DNA of 63,309 nt, the filler included, from Globobulimina sp. (Eukaryota), in the NCBI GenBank assembly GCA_003354225.1. It is 45 parts of 45 records of this genome, joined end to end, with 100 filler letters (N's around TTAATTAATTAA, not from the genome) between each part and the next. Parts side by side here need not be neighbours in the genome. Positions count along the whole stretch, not along the records: positions 36,651 to 37,959 come from PIVH01018956.1; positions 38,060 to 39,368 come from PIVH01018957.1; positions 39,469 to 40,777 come from PIVH01018958.1; positions 40,878 to 42,186 come from PIVH01018959.1; positions 42,287 to 43,595 come from PIVH01018960.1; positions 43,696 to 45,004 come from PIVH01018961.1; positions 45,105 to 46,413 come from PIVH01018962.1; positions 46,514 to 47,821 come from PIVH01018963.1; 37 more parts are not named here. One strand, written 5' to 3'. The notes beneath the pieces were generated by a model, which had not been told where the DNA came from, did no database searches, and saw only the letters and a list, made by a program, of their open reading frames with translations. The translations under genes were made by a program, and so were the position numbers. Of this stretch, positions 36,920 to 48,824 are shown one piece after another. Each line of letters starts with the position of its first letter. Within the stretch, counting starts at the first letter, position 1.

Positions 36920-37959
36920 CAGCCCGAAGCACCAGATTCTATACAGCGCTCCAAACCGCTCAGCCATAACGTCTTTGTCATTGGCGACTTCAATGCCACT
37001 ATTATGCCAGACTAGGAGCGGAAACCACAGATCACAGAACAAACTCCCACTACACGCACATGAAAAACATGCTAATAAGAACCAGCCTGCGCATTGCCAA
37101 TCCGATATTTACCCCCCATTTCCTAACATGCCTTTCAAAGGACAAAGCCCATGCAGGCGGCTCCATTGTTGACTATGTCATGACAGACAAACTACACAGC
37201 ATAAATTCGCTCAAAATTGATACCCACCCCATTTTCATAGATCACCGCCCCATAATATTTGCCCTCAAAAATGCCAAATGTACCGTTACCTATGCGGATC
37301 AGCACTACGTTCTGCGAAACTATCAACCCAATGAGTCCCTGCAAAAAGTGCACAGCAAAATACTCTCGAAAAGATTACCACATATCAAACGATTTGCCAC
37401 GAAAACAAAACACTTCACTTCACCGAATGAGCGTAATTTCCTTTCCAATGTAATATCACTCTGTGTGATGTACACGCTCCACCTTGCCACAATAAAAGCG
37501 TTCGGCTTGTCTGACTTTGAATCAATAAGCAAATGGGCTGACTCCACAATAAATCGTATCGACCTACAGGTCAAGCAACGCTCACTTAATAACTCCAATG
37601 AAGAATACAAATAACTCCAATGAAGAACTATGCCAAAACACCCTCCATTTTATCCCAAACAAACCAGTGACCGAAGATGAAACCGATGACTCTCCCCCAC
37701 CTGAGCCAGCCGTGCAACACTTTGAGAATTGGAGACATCCCGCCACTGATACAGCAATACCACACTTTGACCCGAACTACTTAGAAAGCAATGAGGAGGG
37801 AATGAATGAGCTGGCGCGCATTGAAGCCGCCCTGACAGAAACACATCCAATAAATAACGACGGCGCCTCTGACAGTGACGACGACGTCATCTGAGACATG
37901 ATACTGCCCACTGCCGGCGGACCCCTCTCAAATACTGACCCGCTCACTGCAGAAATGCC
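36920..37959 (+). mobile_element. Degenerate non-LTR retrotransposon ORF2 fragment (APE endonuclease)
   Basis: VFVIGDFNA, SIVDYVM and IDHRPI are EEP-family motifs spread over shifted frames. Confidence 0.65.
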
Positions 37960-38115
37960 NNNNNNNNNNNNNNNNNNNNNNNNNNNNNNNNNNNNNNNNN
38001 NNNTTAATTAATTAANNNNNNNNNNNNNNNNNNNNNNNNNNNNNNNNNNNNNNNNNNNNACATATATTGTTTCCACATTATTGTTCCTACGTACACCACC
38101 GCAATCGCATCACAT

Positions 38116-39355
38116 ATGTGCATGGAATCAATTTTGCTCGCGGTAGCTATGTCGATATGTTTTATAATATGTGTAATGTTAATGAAGTGTCAACGAAATG
38201 CATTTAGATGGTATTCTAAAGTAAACGATGATGACCGTATATATACAAAAAGGAAAGAACGCGTATGTTTATATGGCGCATATATCACAGCCTCCATCTG
38301 TTCACTGCAATGTCTTTTAAATCATCTTTCAAATTATTTGCCTGAATGGTACTGTGTCTATGGAATGAGTGCTTGTGTCGTATTTCACGAAGCGGCCAAA
38401 ACATTTGGATATGGTTTTTTTTTAGAAAGAGCCATCGCATCCATTGAATCGACAAAATCGACTATTTTACCACCCATTGTGACCAAATATATTCTACCAA
38501 CTTACATATCATCGTATTTTATACTTTATTGTGTTTTATGTCCATTAACATTTCGTGGATTGTCAGTGGATCGGCGAGAAACAGCAATTCCCACAGATTG
38601 TCTATTTGATACCTATCTATCCTGGATATTTTATTTGAGGTATATGTATCTATTATTTTGTGTATGCACGCCTTGAGATATATGTATTACATATCATACA
38701 CAAAATAATTTGTCAATATTTCAGTGTTGTGATTGAAGTGTTCAATTCAGTGTTTTTTGTGATTATATTCGTGCATCCTTTGTGTAAAATAATTAAAGCG
38801 GAATACTTGGAGGTCACCAAAGTGATTAAATATAATATCATTTTCAGTTCAATATCGTGTATATCATCAGTAATATTTTTAATGTATAGAGCTCTGTCGA
38901 GAGAAGTTATTGTTTTGTCTTATTATCTATGGTTTGCTAGCAATATTGATACCGTTATCTGCGTATTGTGTATATTTATAATGGTGACTGCAAACAGGAA
39001 ATATGTATATCATTTGTATAATAATTGTGTAACGCTTAATAGTGCGGATCCGGAGAGGGAGACAACAACGCAGACGACAGATAGTGTAATAACGAGGAAT
39101 ACGGGAAAACCGACAGAAGTGGAGACTACGATGAATACCAAAGGTTTATCATCATTGCTTGAGATGGATTCGATGCATTCTATGCATTCTATGCCGCACA
39201 AACCGCCAAAACAAAGAATAGCAAACCCAACAGTGACTTTTTTAGACATCGCCGAGATAGACGTTCCGAGTGGCTTTGGACCGCCAAAAACGGAGCATCC
39301 GTCACCGGATCAACAACGGAGTATAACATATAATTTATCGACGCTTGAAGTTTGA
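38116..39355 (+). CDS. Orphan 7TM (GPCR-like) protein; intron about 38640-38724
   Basis: Seven hydrophobic segments after splicing, FFLERA after TM3, loop cysteines, Ser/Thr-rich tail. Confidence 0.65.
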
Positions 39356-39951
39356 AAAAGAATCAAATNNNNNNNNNNNNNNNNNNNNNNNNNNNNNNNN
39401 NNNNNNNNNNNNTTAATTAATTAANNNNNNNNNNNNNNNNNNNNNNNNNNNNNNNNNNNNNNNNNNNNGTATTGCCTTTCTACAATTCAGTGCTATTAAA
39501 CAAATGCTTTTTTAATTCCTATCATGAGATATTTGCACAAATAATGCCATTGGCATCCTTCCATCGCTTAAATACCAGTTTTAAAGACCACATGAATCGA
39601 ATATTTCCATATAGATTGGATAGACAATACACGCTGCAGTACCAATACATGACCGGCACTCTACAGCCATCCTTGAGATGGGTTTATATGAAACTACTGT
39701 TTTTTACTGTAAACTCTTTGAATTTACAGTTTTTTACAGATAATTCAAAATAAAAACATTGAAAGTCAAAATTGAATTGTTAAAGGTTGTGTTTCATCGG
39801 GAACCATTAACATTTTATTATTAACCTATTTTCCTTCCTTCAATCACAGTTTTTCGAGCATTTTTTTTGAGATCGCCATACAGATCTTTGTGGCGATGTA
39901 TCGCCTGTCCAAAAGCAGTAATCCTGTGCGATATCATTTTTTTCATCATTT

Positions 39952-40734
39952 GTGGATACAAATTTAGGACATGTCGGTGTACCGATTGATAATATTGAGT
40001 ACAGATTAATAGATGCCCCGGAATGTGATTATTATGTTGCAGATCAACCCAATGCCCGTGGCGAGATTCAATTGCGTGGACCAACTGTAATGAATGGATA
40101 TTTTCGCAATGACGAAGCCACCAAAAAAGCATTAGATAGCGACGGCTGGTTTAGTACGGGCGATATTGGTCGGATCAATCCAAATGGCACATTATCAATC
40201 ATTGATCGACGAAAAAATTTGTTTAAAACTGCCATGGGCGAATATATCGCCTCTGAGAAGGTAGAAAATGTTTATATTAAGGCAGCCGCTGTAAATCAGA
40301 TATGGATTTATGGGAATTCATTTAAATCGTTTGTGATTGCAGTGGTCGTACCGGATCCATTGTGGTTAGTACCTATTTTAAGAGAGAAAAATATTTGGAA
40401 AGATAATGAACCGAAATTAAAACCAGCGACCAAAGCATATTGTGATAAATTTCAGAAAGTATGCGATGAAAATTATAATGCGGTGAAAGAAATTGTAGTG
40501 AATGATATTAAAGTAATTGAAAACGAATCTGATTTAAAAAGGTTTGAAAAAGTGAAAGATTATTATATTGAATGTCAAGTTGATAAATTATTGCAAGGAT
40601 TTTATGTGGAAAATAATACATTGACTCCAACGTTTAAAAAGAAACGACCACAATTATTTAGAAGATATGTTGATTTGAGTAAGGAATTGTATACAAAGAA
40701 TGGTGAACCTCCTAAAGATGATGAAAATTGGTAA
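39952..40734 (+). CDS. Long-chain acyl-CoA synthetase, C-terminal part
   Basis: GHVGVP, RGEIQLRGPTVMNGYF, DGWFSTGDIG, IIDRRKNLFK..GEYIASEKVE, LTPTFKKKR. Confidence 0.95.
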   Translation: MDTNLGHVGVPIDNIEYRLIDAPECDYYVADQPNARGEIQLRGPTVMNGYFRNDEATKKALDSDGWFSTGDIGRINPNGTLSIIDRRKNLFKTAMGEYIASEKVENVYIKAAAVNQIWIYGNSFKSFVIAVVVPDPLWLVPILREKNIWKDNEPKLKPATKAYCDKFQKVCDENYNAVKEIVVNDIKVIENESDLKRFEKVKDYYIECQVDKLLQGFYVENNTLTPTFKKKRPQLFRRYVDLSKELYTKNGEPPKDDENW

Positions 40735-41378
40735 TCTGGATTTTTGTTTAACTGCATAGACATTTCTTAGAGACTTTNNNNNNNNNNNNNNNNNNNNNNN
40801 NNNNNNNNNNNNNNNNNNNNNTTAATTAATTAANNNNNNNNNNNNNNNNNNNNNNNNNNNNNNNNNNNNNNNNNNNNAAGTATTGAGTGAATTTTACACT
40901 GTGTATTGTTTGCTGCGAATGGGAAATAGTGGTAGCTTTACCTGCTTTTGCATACTGAAACGGTGTAAATTAAATAATCAAATAATGAATTTTATTTCAG
41001 CGGTTTTTATGTAAGTTTCCAGGTAAGAAACCTCGCTAACAAACAAACAACTAATATGGTTCACTACATTCCTGTGTTCATATGGGATCATGCAACTTGG
41101 GACAAATACTATGATTTACGCAAGGAAAATGAACGCAATCGTCGTTGGGGCATGGTCATGGTAAATGTTCACAGAGCTGCAATAATCTTAAGTGACAGTT
41201 TGCTACAACATCGAGAGAGATATTTTGGTAAAAAAACATATTTAAAGTTATTATTTTTCTGTTGTAATAATCGATATTTTTATTAGTTTATTATTAGTCA
41301 TCATATCATGAACAATTGCAACTTGTTTCACTAGTTGTGCAGTGCATCCGTTCTGTCAGTCATATTTTGCATCCATAC

Positions 41379-41463
41379 TAGACATGAGCACGGGCCTGAA
41401 AAAAACGGCCCGGCCCGTCAGCTGAACACCACGGCGGGCCGGCGCGGCCCGTGCTCATCTCTA
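41379..41463. mobile_element. 85-bp hAT-type MITE
   Basis: 18-bp TIRs TAGACATGAGCACGGGCC / GGCCCGTGCTCATCTCTA (1 mismatch); perfect 8-bp TSD ATCCATAC at 41371-41378 and 41464-41471. Confidence 0.92.
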
Positions 41464-42286
41464 ATCCATACAATGTCGGGGATTTTGAAGTCAAATCAAG
41501 ACGGTTTTCTAAAAATCTGATTGCCTTTTCAGACAGATTGGTTACTAGCAAAACAATTGTACAATGTCCTAATTTGACGTCTTTCCAAGAAGCCAAGCTG
41601 GTAACCGACTTTAGAATGGAGATAGATAGGAACGATCATAAAAGATTCTGTGGAACAGTTTATCAAGACTACTATGAAAGTATGTAGTTTGATTTGAAAC
41701 TGGAGAAATGGTAATTGTAAAATTGTTTTGTTTTGTAGATAGACGAAATCCGTTGGTGCCCAATCCCTTCATTTATGACATAAATCAGGATACTTCTGAT
41801 GATGATGATGAAGAATTGCCTCCTCCAATAACAACGGAAACTCAAAATTTGCATTTGTGAGTGTAAAACTAATGCAAATTAAATTTTAATGAGAAAGTAT
41901 AAAATGTTATTTCAGAAATGTGGTTAAACGTTTGAAAAAGAAAACTGAAGTCCGTCAATCATGGTACGAAAGGTCAAAATGTTTAATTTTGTGATATACT
42001 TGTCTAGTGAGAAGAGGATATGTTGTAGTAGGTAAATAGTTTAAAATACATTAACTACAGTAGTAGTATACATTATTAGGTACTCTGCAGATATATTGCA
42101 TGATTATGCAGTTTTGAATGCTTTATAAATACACCAAGGTTATTCATTAGTTTTTCTAATGCGAAAAGATATTTTTTTTAGTTTGTNNNNNNNNNNNNNN
42201 NNNNNNNNNNNNNNNNNNNNNNNNNNNNNNTTAATTAATTAANNNNNNNNNNNNNNNNNNNNNNNNNNNNNNNNNNNNNNNNNNNN

Positions 42287-43033
42287 TAAATGAGCCCTCT
42301 CATTCTCCAACACCACCTTCCTCATATCATTAAATATCTTATTTGTATTATCTAATAACGCCAATATATCCTCATTCTCACCGGCGATTTCTCGCAATTC
42401 ATCCACCAATCCCTCAAATTCCTTGGTTTCTTCATCTAACTCTTTTGCATCGTGCTCCAAATCATGCACTGTCGTCTGTAACTCCCCCACTTCACTGCCT
42501 AACCGCTGTCGAGTGTTGGTTAACTCATTGATTTCATCTGTTTGTGTATACAATGTACAAATTCAGAGTTGCTGAGTTTCCGTTCAGTGCAGTACACAGC
42601 TAAAATATGGATGTTTGTATTACAAATCGCATCACATACGTTCATATTTTGCATTTTCCCCTTTTAACCGATCAATTTGGTCTTGGATAACACCATATTT
42701 ATACACAGCCCATGCGCCTAATAAGGAAGAGACGAGCGAAGTTCCTAAAATTGCCCATATCATAATGTCTTTTAAATGCTCAGACACAAAGCCTATGATA
42801 TACATTGCTAAAATACCAATGGCAAATAAGCCATATAAAAATGGTATTAATCGGCCAAATATATCAATAAATTTCTTTCCCGCTTCCACCTCTTCATCGC
42901 GTTCATCTGCTCCTTCATCGCGGATCGAGTCTTGTGCGGTTAAATCGCGGCGCGAAGCTCGGTAATTATGCTTTTTTAAAACATTTTGTTGTTCGTTACG
43001 ATCCCCCATTTCCAATTTGACTTCGGAGGCCAT
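42287..43033 (-). CDS. Two-TM, coiled-coil, EF-hand protein, 5' part; intron 42639-42538
   Basis: Two TM helices then heptad-rich region; continues in the identical sequence at 43477-43595. Confidence 0.75.
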
Positions 43034-43239
43034 GTTTGGTAGTATTGTTTATATAATTTTTCGACCAGATGCGCTGATGGTTGCTAGTTAGTTATAAAGT
43101 TACAATTTTCACATGCATTAATTTTATGAGACCATGGGTTCGTAATTTATTCTTCCAACTTATTTATAATTAATAAATAATAATAACACATTAAAATATA
43201 ATATAAATAACACATTTTATATAATAATACGGAGTGTAG

Positions 43240-43595
43240 CTAGTATGTAAATTCCTGTTTCAATAATTCATCCACTTCGGTCAAAACCTCTTCCAATATA
43301 TCCTGGAATTCCTGTAAATCGATTTGATGATCCTCGCCGGCCAACTCCTCGAAGGTTCCTAACTCCTTAAATTTATCCCTTTGTCTCTTCGATAGCCGAC
43401 CCAAAAATCGCTTATATTCTTGCTTATCCATTCGGTTATCGTCATCGCGGAAGGCGCACTCATAAAATGTTGATAGTAAATGAGCCCTCTCATTCTCCAA
43501 CACCACCTTCCTCATATCATTAAATATCTTATTTGTATTATCTAATAACGCCAATATATCCTCATTCTCACCGGCGATTTCTCGCAATTCATCCA
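43240..43595 (-). CDS. 3' part of the same two-TM, coiled-coil, EF-hand gene
   Basis: DDDNRMDKQEY and GEDHQIDLQEF EF-hand-like loops; 43477-43595 is identical to 42287-42405. Confidence 0.75.
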
Positions 43596-45105
43596 NNNNN
43601 NNNNNNNNNNNNNNNNNNNNNNNNNNNNNNNNNNNNNNNTTAATTAATTAANNNNNNNNNNNNNNNNNNNNNNNNNNNNNNNNNNNNNNNNNNNNTAGTA
43701 TTTATTAAAATTATTAATTAAACCGATCCAAACACTCAATCCTTGCACAAGTTTACAAATAAAATACAATAAATGTAAGCCACAAACTAAAATATTACTT
43801 TTATATTTGGATAATTTTGTTCTAACTCCGCTTGTATTGTTGATCGAGTTGCAGCATTAATATCATTTTTGCCAAAATTAATCTGTATAAAATATTCGTT
43901 TAATAACTCATATAAGAGTTCATATATAAATTTGCTAAACTTCTTGCAATGTTGCTATGTTTTTAAGTGAATCAAATAAAGCAATACAAACTTCATTGTT
44001 AATTAAACAATCATAGAAATCAACAATTAGTAATTGAGTGCATTCTGACAATTCCCGACTGATGTTTTGTGAACGAGACAAATCTTATCCAATTTTCCAC
44101 AGATTAAAAAATATCAATTATCACAATATACATATTATATACCTAATCTTTGCCCATTTAAATGAAATACTCGTAACGAACCCTTATTTGCTAAGACATA
44201 TAATAGCATATTAAATATATTTATGTGTATATATAATTAATTGGATCATGCATACCCAAAACCATTTGGCCTAAAATCTGTATTCCCGTTAGAGTGGTTT
44301 CTTCAGTTTGTAGTCGATATGCATGTGCGGGTTTGGCTGATATTACCACCAAACATTCAATGTCTGGCGTTGATATATTGTTTTGTAAAAATTCACACAA
44401 TTCATCATCAGTAGTTGCACCACCTTAACAATAACAATAACAATTATTAGCATATTAATATGTGGTTACAGTACCTTGAATGCATTTAGTTGGCATCAAT
44501 CTATATTTCTCAGCATATCCATCTTTTGTGGCTGTCCCCACTTTACCAATCTTCCCAAATGGCGTTGATTCTGTGGCCTGTGATGGTAGAAGCATGCGTT
44601 TATTTGCATTGTCACAACAACATATCATCGCACAGGTACCCATGCTTCACTTAATTTTTTTATATATTTACGATTAAAAAACAAGGAGAAAATCTTCATT
44701 TATTTACGCCGATTGAAATGTTTACATATTCCAAAACATTCGAACCACCAATCCACGCTAAATCAGCTCTTTCTGGAAGCAATCACATTAAAATTATATT
44801 TCTCAAACTCCTTCAATTTAGTCGATAATTTTGTTTGTATATATGTTGAATGGCAATCCCACTCAATACATTGAAATAATAATTTATGAATACCATTTAT
44901 TTTTTTTACATAATTTTGGATCAAATAATATATCAAGTGCTTCATTCTCATTATTAAATTTATTTCTATTCACTTAATTCAAATACTGTAAAATATCTCT
45001 TTACNNNNNNNNNNNNNNNNNNNNNNNNNNNNNNNNNNNNNNNNNNNNTTAATTAATTAANNNNNNNNNNNNNNNNNNNNNNNNNNNNNNNNNNNNNNNN
45101 NNNNT

Positions 45106-46269
45106 AAAATTATTGACATTAACTGGTCGTACAGCAATCCAATCAATTTAAGCATTGAATATCAGGACATTTTTAATAAACGATTATCGAAACAAATCAA
45201 GCTAAATGGTGCTGATATAAATATAAATAAAGTACGTCCAAAACGCGTCGGTAAATGTAACAGCAACAGCAACACCAACAGCAACACCAACAACATTGCA
45301 TATGATAATTGGCGGACTGGTGACTTAAATGGAAATGGAAATGGAAATGGTAATGTAAATAGTAATGGTAATATAAATGGTCGATTTAAATCATTTAATC
45401 GTAGTAATTTCGCGATTGATAAATTTAATTTTGAATATCACAAAAATAATAAAAAATACGATGAGAAAAATGCAAAACATCCATCTGAATATATAAATCG
45501 TAAATGTTTTAAATGCAAAGGGAGCGGCAAATGCATGATTGAAAAGGAGAGAGAGAGGGAATGTAATTATAAATTAATGGCCTGCACAAAATGTATAAAT
45601 TCATCTGGAATCTATAGGGTAGCGAATACATTGCGACACTCCAAATGTAATGGTTTAGGCTGTCTAAGATGTAATGATTCCGGCAAATATCCATTACATG
45701 ACATATTATGTAATAATTGTAAAGGATCCGGCGTCTATCGAGTGAGCAACATAGTTATTGTGGATGAATGGAATGAGAATGCAAATGTACAATCATATAA
45801 CCAGTGTATGAATGGCTATCGATTGCCACAATTAATACCATTTGTGCCCAAGAGAGAGAATAAGAAGTTATCGGTTCATGGAGTGGACGGTGACATGAAA
45901 CGATTATACCATGCAACCACTAAGAATGATGCAAACGGAATAATTGAGACTGGAGTAATGTTTGTGTCCGGTGCCACTGGCACTCGTTATGGGAAAGGTA
46001 TTTGTTTTGTAGATTCTGGCCGTTGCGCACAAATCAAAGCAAAACAAAAAGGATATTTAGTGATTGCTGATGTATTCACCGGTAAATGCAAAGATGAATA
46101 TTATGTTGATAATGATATGAATTTTAATAAATTACATCAAAGTGGTTACGATTCAATTCGTAAATATTGCAATAAAAATGGTAATGAATATATTGTGTTT
46201 AATTGGGATCAAGTATGGGTTCATGTTGTTTTACCAGTTGAACATTTTAATTTTGCTGCATTGAAGTGA
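45106..46269 (+). CDS. PARP/ART catalytic-like domain protein with CxxCxGxG zinc-finger repeats, 5'-partial
   Basis: Single frame from 45106; CFKCKGSG, CLRCNDSG, CNNCKGSG; KRLYHAT, YGKGICF, NEYIVFN. Confidence 0.75.
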   Translation, partial: KIIDINWSYSNPINLSIEYQDIFNKRLSKQIKLNGADININKVRPKRVGKCNSNSNTNSNTNNIAYDNWRTGDLNGNGNGNGNVNSNGNINGRFKSFNRSNFAIDKFNFEYHKNNKKYDEKNAKHPSEYINRKCFKCKGSGKCMIEKERERECNYKLMACTKCINSSGIYRVANTLRHSKCNGLGCLRCNDSGKYPLHDILCNNCKGSGVYRVSNIVIVDEWNENANVQSYNQCMNGYRLPQLIPFVPKRENKKLSVHGVDGDMKRLYHATTKNDANGIIETGVMFVSGATGTRYGKGICFVDSGRCAQIKAKQKGYLVIADVFTGKCKDEYYVDNDMNFNKLHQSGYDSIRKYCNKNGNEYIVFNWDQVWVHVVLPVEHFNFAALK

Positions 46270-46513
46270 AGTGCTTGTGTTATTGACATGATTTGCTACT
46301 TTTTGTTTTTTGTAACATTGAAATGAGGTTTTGTATTTTTTTCCTTTAATATTTGCAGGAAATTTCAATAATCTCATGACTAGTGACTACTATTCAAATA
46401 TGTTAAATATCGANNNNNNNNNNNNNNNNNNNNNNNNNNNNNNNNNNNNNNNNNNNNTTAATTAATTAANNNNNNNNNNNNNNNNNNNNNNNNNNNNNNN
46501 NNNNNNNNNNNNN

Positions 46514-46940
46514 CAAAGCTGTGATTTTGTAATTTGGTGCAATGATATACTGTGGATATGCCCTCAATGACTGCTTCACAAATATTACAATATACCTCCT
46601 TAAATTCTTCATAACAGTCTTGAGCTGCTGATAGTGTTAATATTTCACCGCAAATGCATTTCGGACTGGCATCTTCATCATCAACATCATCATGAAAATC
46701 AATCATATCTTCATAGATGTCTGTTGCAGTCAGCTGTGATGCGAAACATGCTTGGCATTGGTCTTGTCCTTTATCATTACACAAGTTACAATTGCTACAG
46801 TTCCATGTGTCGTTTTGCGCCTTGCTTATATTTGATTGCTTGGATGCAGTTGGTTCACTTGGTTGAAATAGAAACATTCTGGATTGAATACTCGACCTCA
46901 CGCATTTCTGAGCTAAAAATTCTAGTATTTCCTGTTTCAA
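46514..46940 (-). CDS. RanBP2-type zinc finger plus Cys/His-rich domain protein, fragment
   Basis: WNCSNCNLCN..CQAC; CICG..CNIC..YHC. Confidence 0.6.
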
Positions 46941-46982
46941 TGGTATCGATTTTTCACATATTATTCATCCTCAAGTACCCCA

Positions 46983-47821
46983 ATGCAAATAAAATGCATC
47001 CAGCCATTGAATTGTCAAACAGCAATTAAGCTGATTAAAGCAGCTCATTCTAAAAATGCTAATGGTGATTCGAATTTGATGCATCAAGTATTTGATATTT
47101 ATAAACGAACCGAAGATCCTAAAAATCATTATTTAATCAACTTGGTGGTGAAATTGTGCTGTTCAAATTATAAGCAATGTGTGCCAGTTTCTGTGATTTG
47201 GAATGACATCAAACAATACAAAAACAAAAGTGTCATACAATTACCATTTCTGCTCAAATGTTTGGTTAAATCCAAGGATATTGACATTGAGAAATGCATC
47301 AAAGTATTACAGTGGATCAATAATTACAATCATCAAATAAAAGCGAATGATGTCATAAAACCTATTTCGAAGTGTCATACTTTGCAACAATTAAAATGTA
47401 TCCATTCACTCATTCAAACCAACCATGCATTGCAACAAAATATATATTTACAAACAGCTTTAATCAAATCTTATGGCAATTTTTCCGAAATACCAACAGC
47501 ATTAAAACTATTCGAACAAATACCTTTCCACAGCATAAATGCGGTGACTTTTAATTGTGTTTTAACTGTGTTGGTTAACAATGGATATTTGCAAAAAGCA
47601 ATGGAAATGTACGAAGATTCGCAATACAAAGCTCTCAAAGATGATATATCTCATTTACTGGCAATTAAGTCATGTATTTCCAGTAACAATTTAGAGAAAG
47701 GCAAAAATATCCATTGCCAAATCCAATTGCAAGCAATCTCAAATATGTATGAGCCCATAATTGAACTGACCAGTATGTTGATGGAGTTTTATGCGCATTT
47801 TGGAGAGTTGGACAATGCCTT
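46983..47821 (+). CDS. Pentatricopeptide-repeat (PPR) protein, 3'-partial
   Basis: TALIKSYGNFSEIPTALKLFEQI, VTFNCVLTVLVNNGYLQKAMEMY, SMLMEFYAHFGELDNA. Confidence 0.8.
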
Positions 47822-48002
47822 NNNNNNNNNNNNNNNNNNNNNNNNNNNNNNNNNNNNNNNNNNNNTTAATTAATTAANNNNNNNNNNNNNNNNNNNNNNN
47901 NNNNNNNNNNNNNNNNNNNNNCAACAAAAACATACAAATATTTATCAATTAGTATGTCATACTAATTATTGGTTAACAATTAATGATAATGCACAAATTG
48001 TA

Positions 48003-48824
48003 ATGCTTAAAAAAGAACAACTTAGTTATGATAAGAAACAGAACTGGAATCTACAATATATACCAAAGCAAGAAATGAAACAAAAAGTTCCCATCATGGA
48101 AGAAAATAAAATGAAAGAAAAAGAAGATGAAATAAAAAAAAACGAAAATATAATACAAAATATATTAAACAGAGGAAAGTCAGGAAACAAATATCAAAAT
48201 GTTAAAAATCACAGCAAAAAACATAAGAATAAATCCGTTGTAAAAAGAAAAAAGTATATGCAACAAAGCGACAATGAGAATGGATATGAGGTTGATATTG
48301 ATATTGAGAGTGATGATAATAAAAAAATAAAATCAAAGAAGCATCAATCGAATGAAAATAAAATGGACAAAAAAATTGAAATGTTGACTGAAATACTAAC
48401 TAATTCATTGCAGGAATTATCGAGTTCGATTCAATGGATTCGATCAGATGTTGCTTTACTTAATGTTAACATAAAAAAAATGGAACAACGGCAACAAATG
48501 GATGGAGTGCGAATGAATGAAAAGTTGGATTTATTGAAGAAAGTGATTGATATTAATTTGAAGGATAGAAACGATTATCTATATTTGAAGGGAAATAGGA
48601 AGAAATTGAAAGATTGGTTAACTAATATTGGATTTGGTGCTTTTTATTGTTTATTTATAAAACATGGATTTGATTCATTGGAAAGTGTTGAACAAATAAA
48701 TGATCCACAACAATTGAATGATATTGGTGTTACACTTAAAGGACATCAATTGCAAATAATGGCTAATATATTGCAACTAAAACAAAAGAATGTAACTACA
48801 TCTGATCAGTGTAACTACCTCTGA
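48003..48824 (+). CDS. Coiled-coil protein with C-terminal SAM domain
   Basis: LKDWLTNIGFGAFYCLFIKHGFDSLE..LNDIGVTLKGHQLQIM. Confidence 0.8.
   Translation: MLKKEQLSYDKKQNWNLQYIPKQEMKQKVPIMEENKMKEKEDEIKKNENIIQNILNRGKSGNKYQNVKNHSKKHKNKSVVKRKKYMQQSDNENGYEVDIDIESDDNKKIKSKKHQSNENKMDKKIEMLTEILTNSLQELSSSIQWIRSDVALLNVNIKKMEQRQQMDGVRMNEKLDLLKKVIDINLKDRNDYLYLKGNRKKLKDWLTNIGFGAFYCLFIKHGFDSLESVEQINDPQQLNDIGVTLKGHQLQIMANILQLKQKNVTTSDQCNYL

Noticed and set aside
46940-46983. A second 42-bp divergent promoter between the zinc-finger and PPR ORFs
   Set aside because: The minus-strand ORF has no ATG (TTG after a nearby stop), so true starts are uncertain and the junction may be chimeric.
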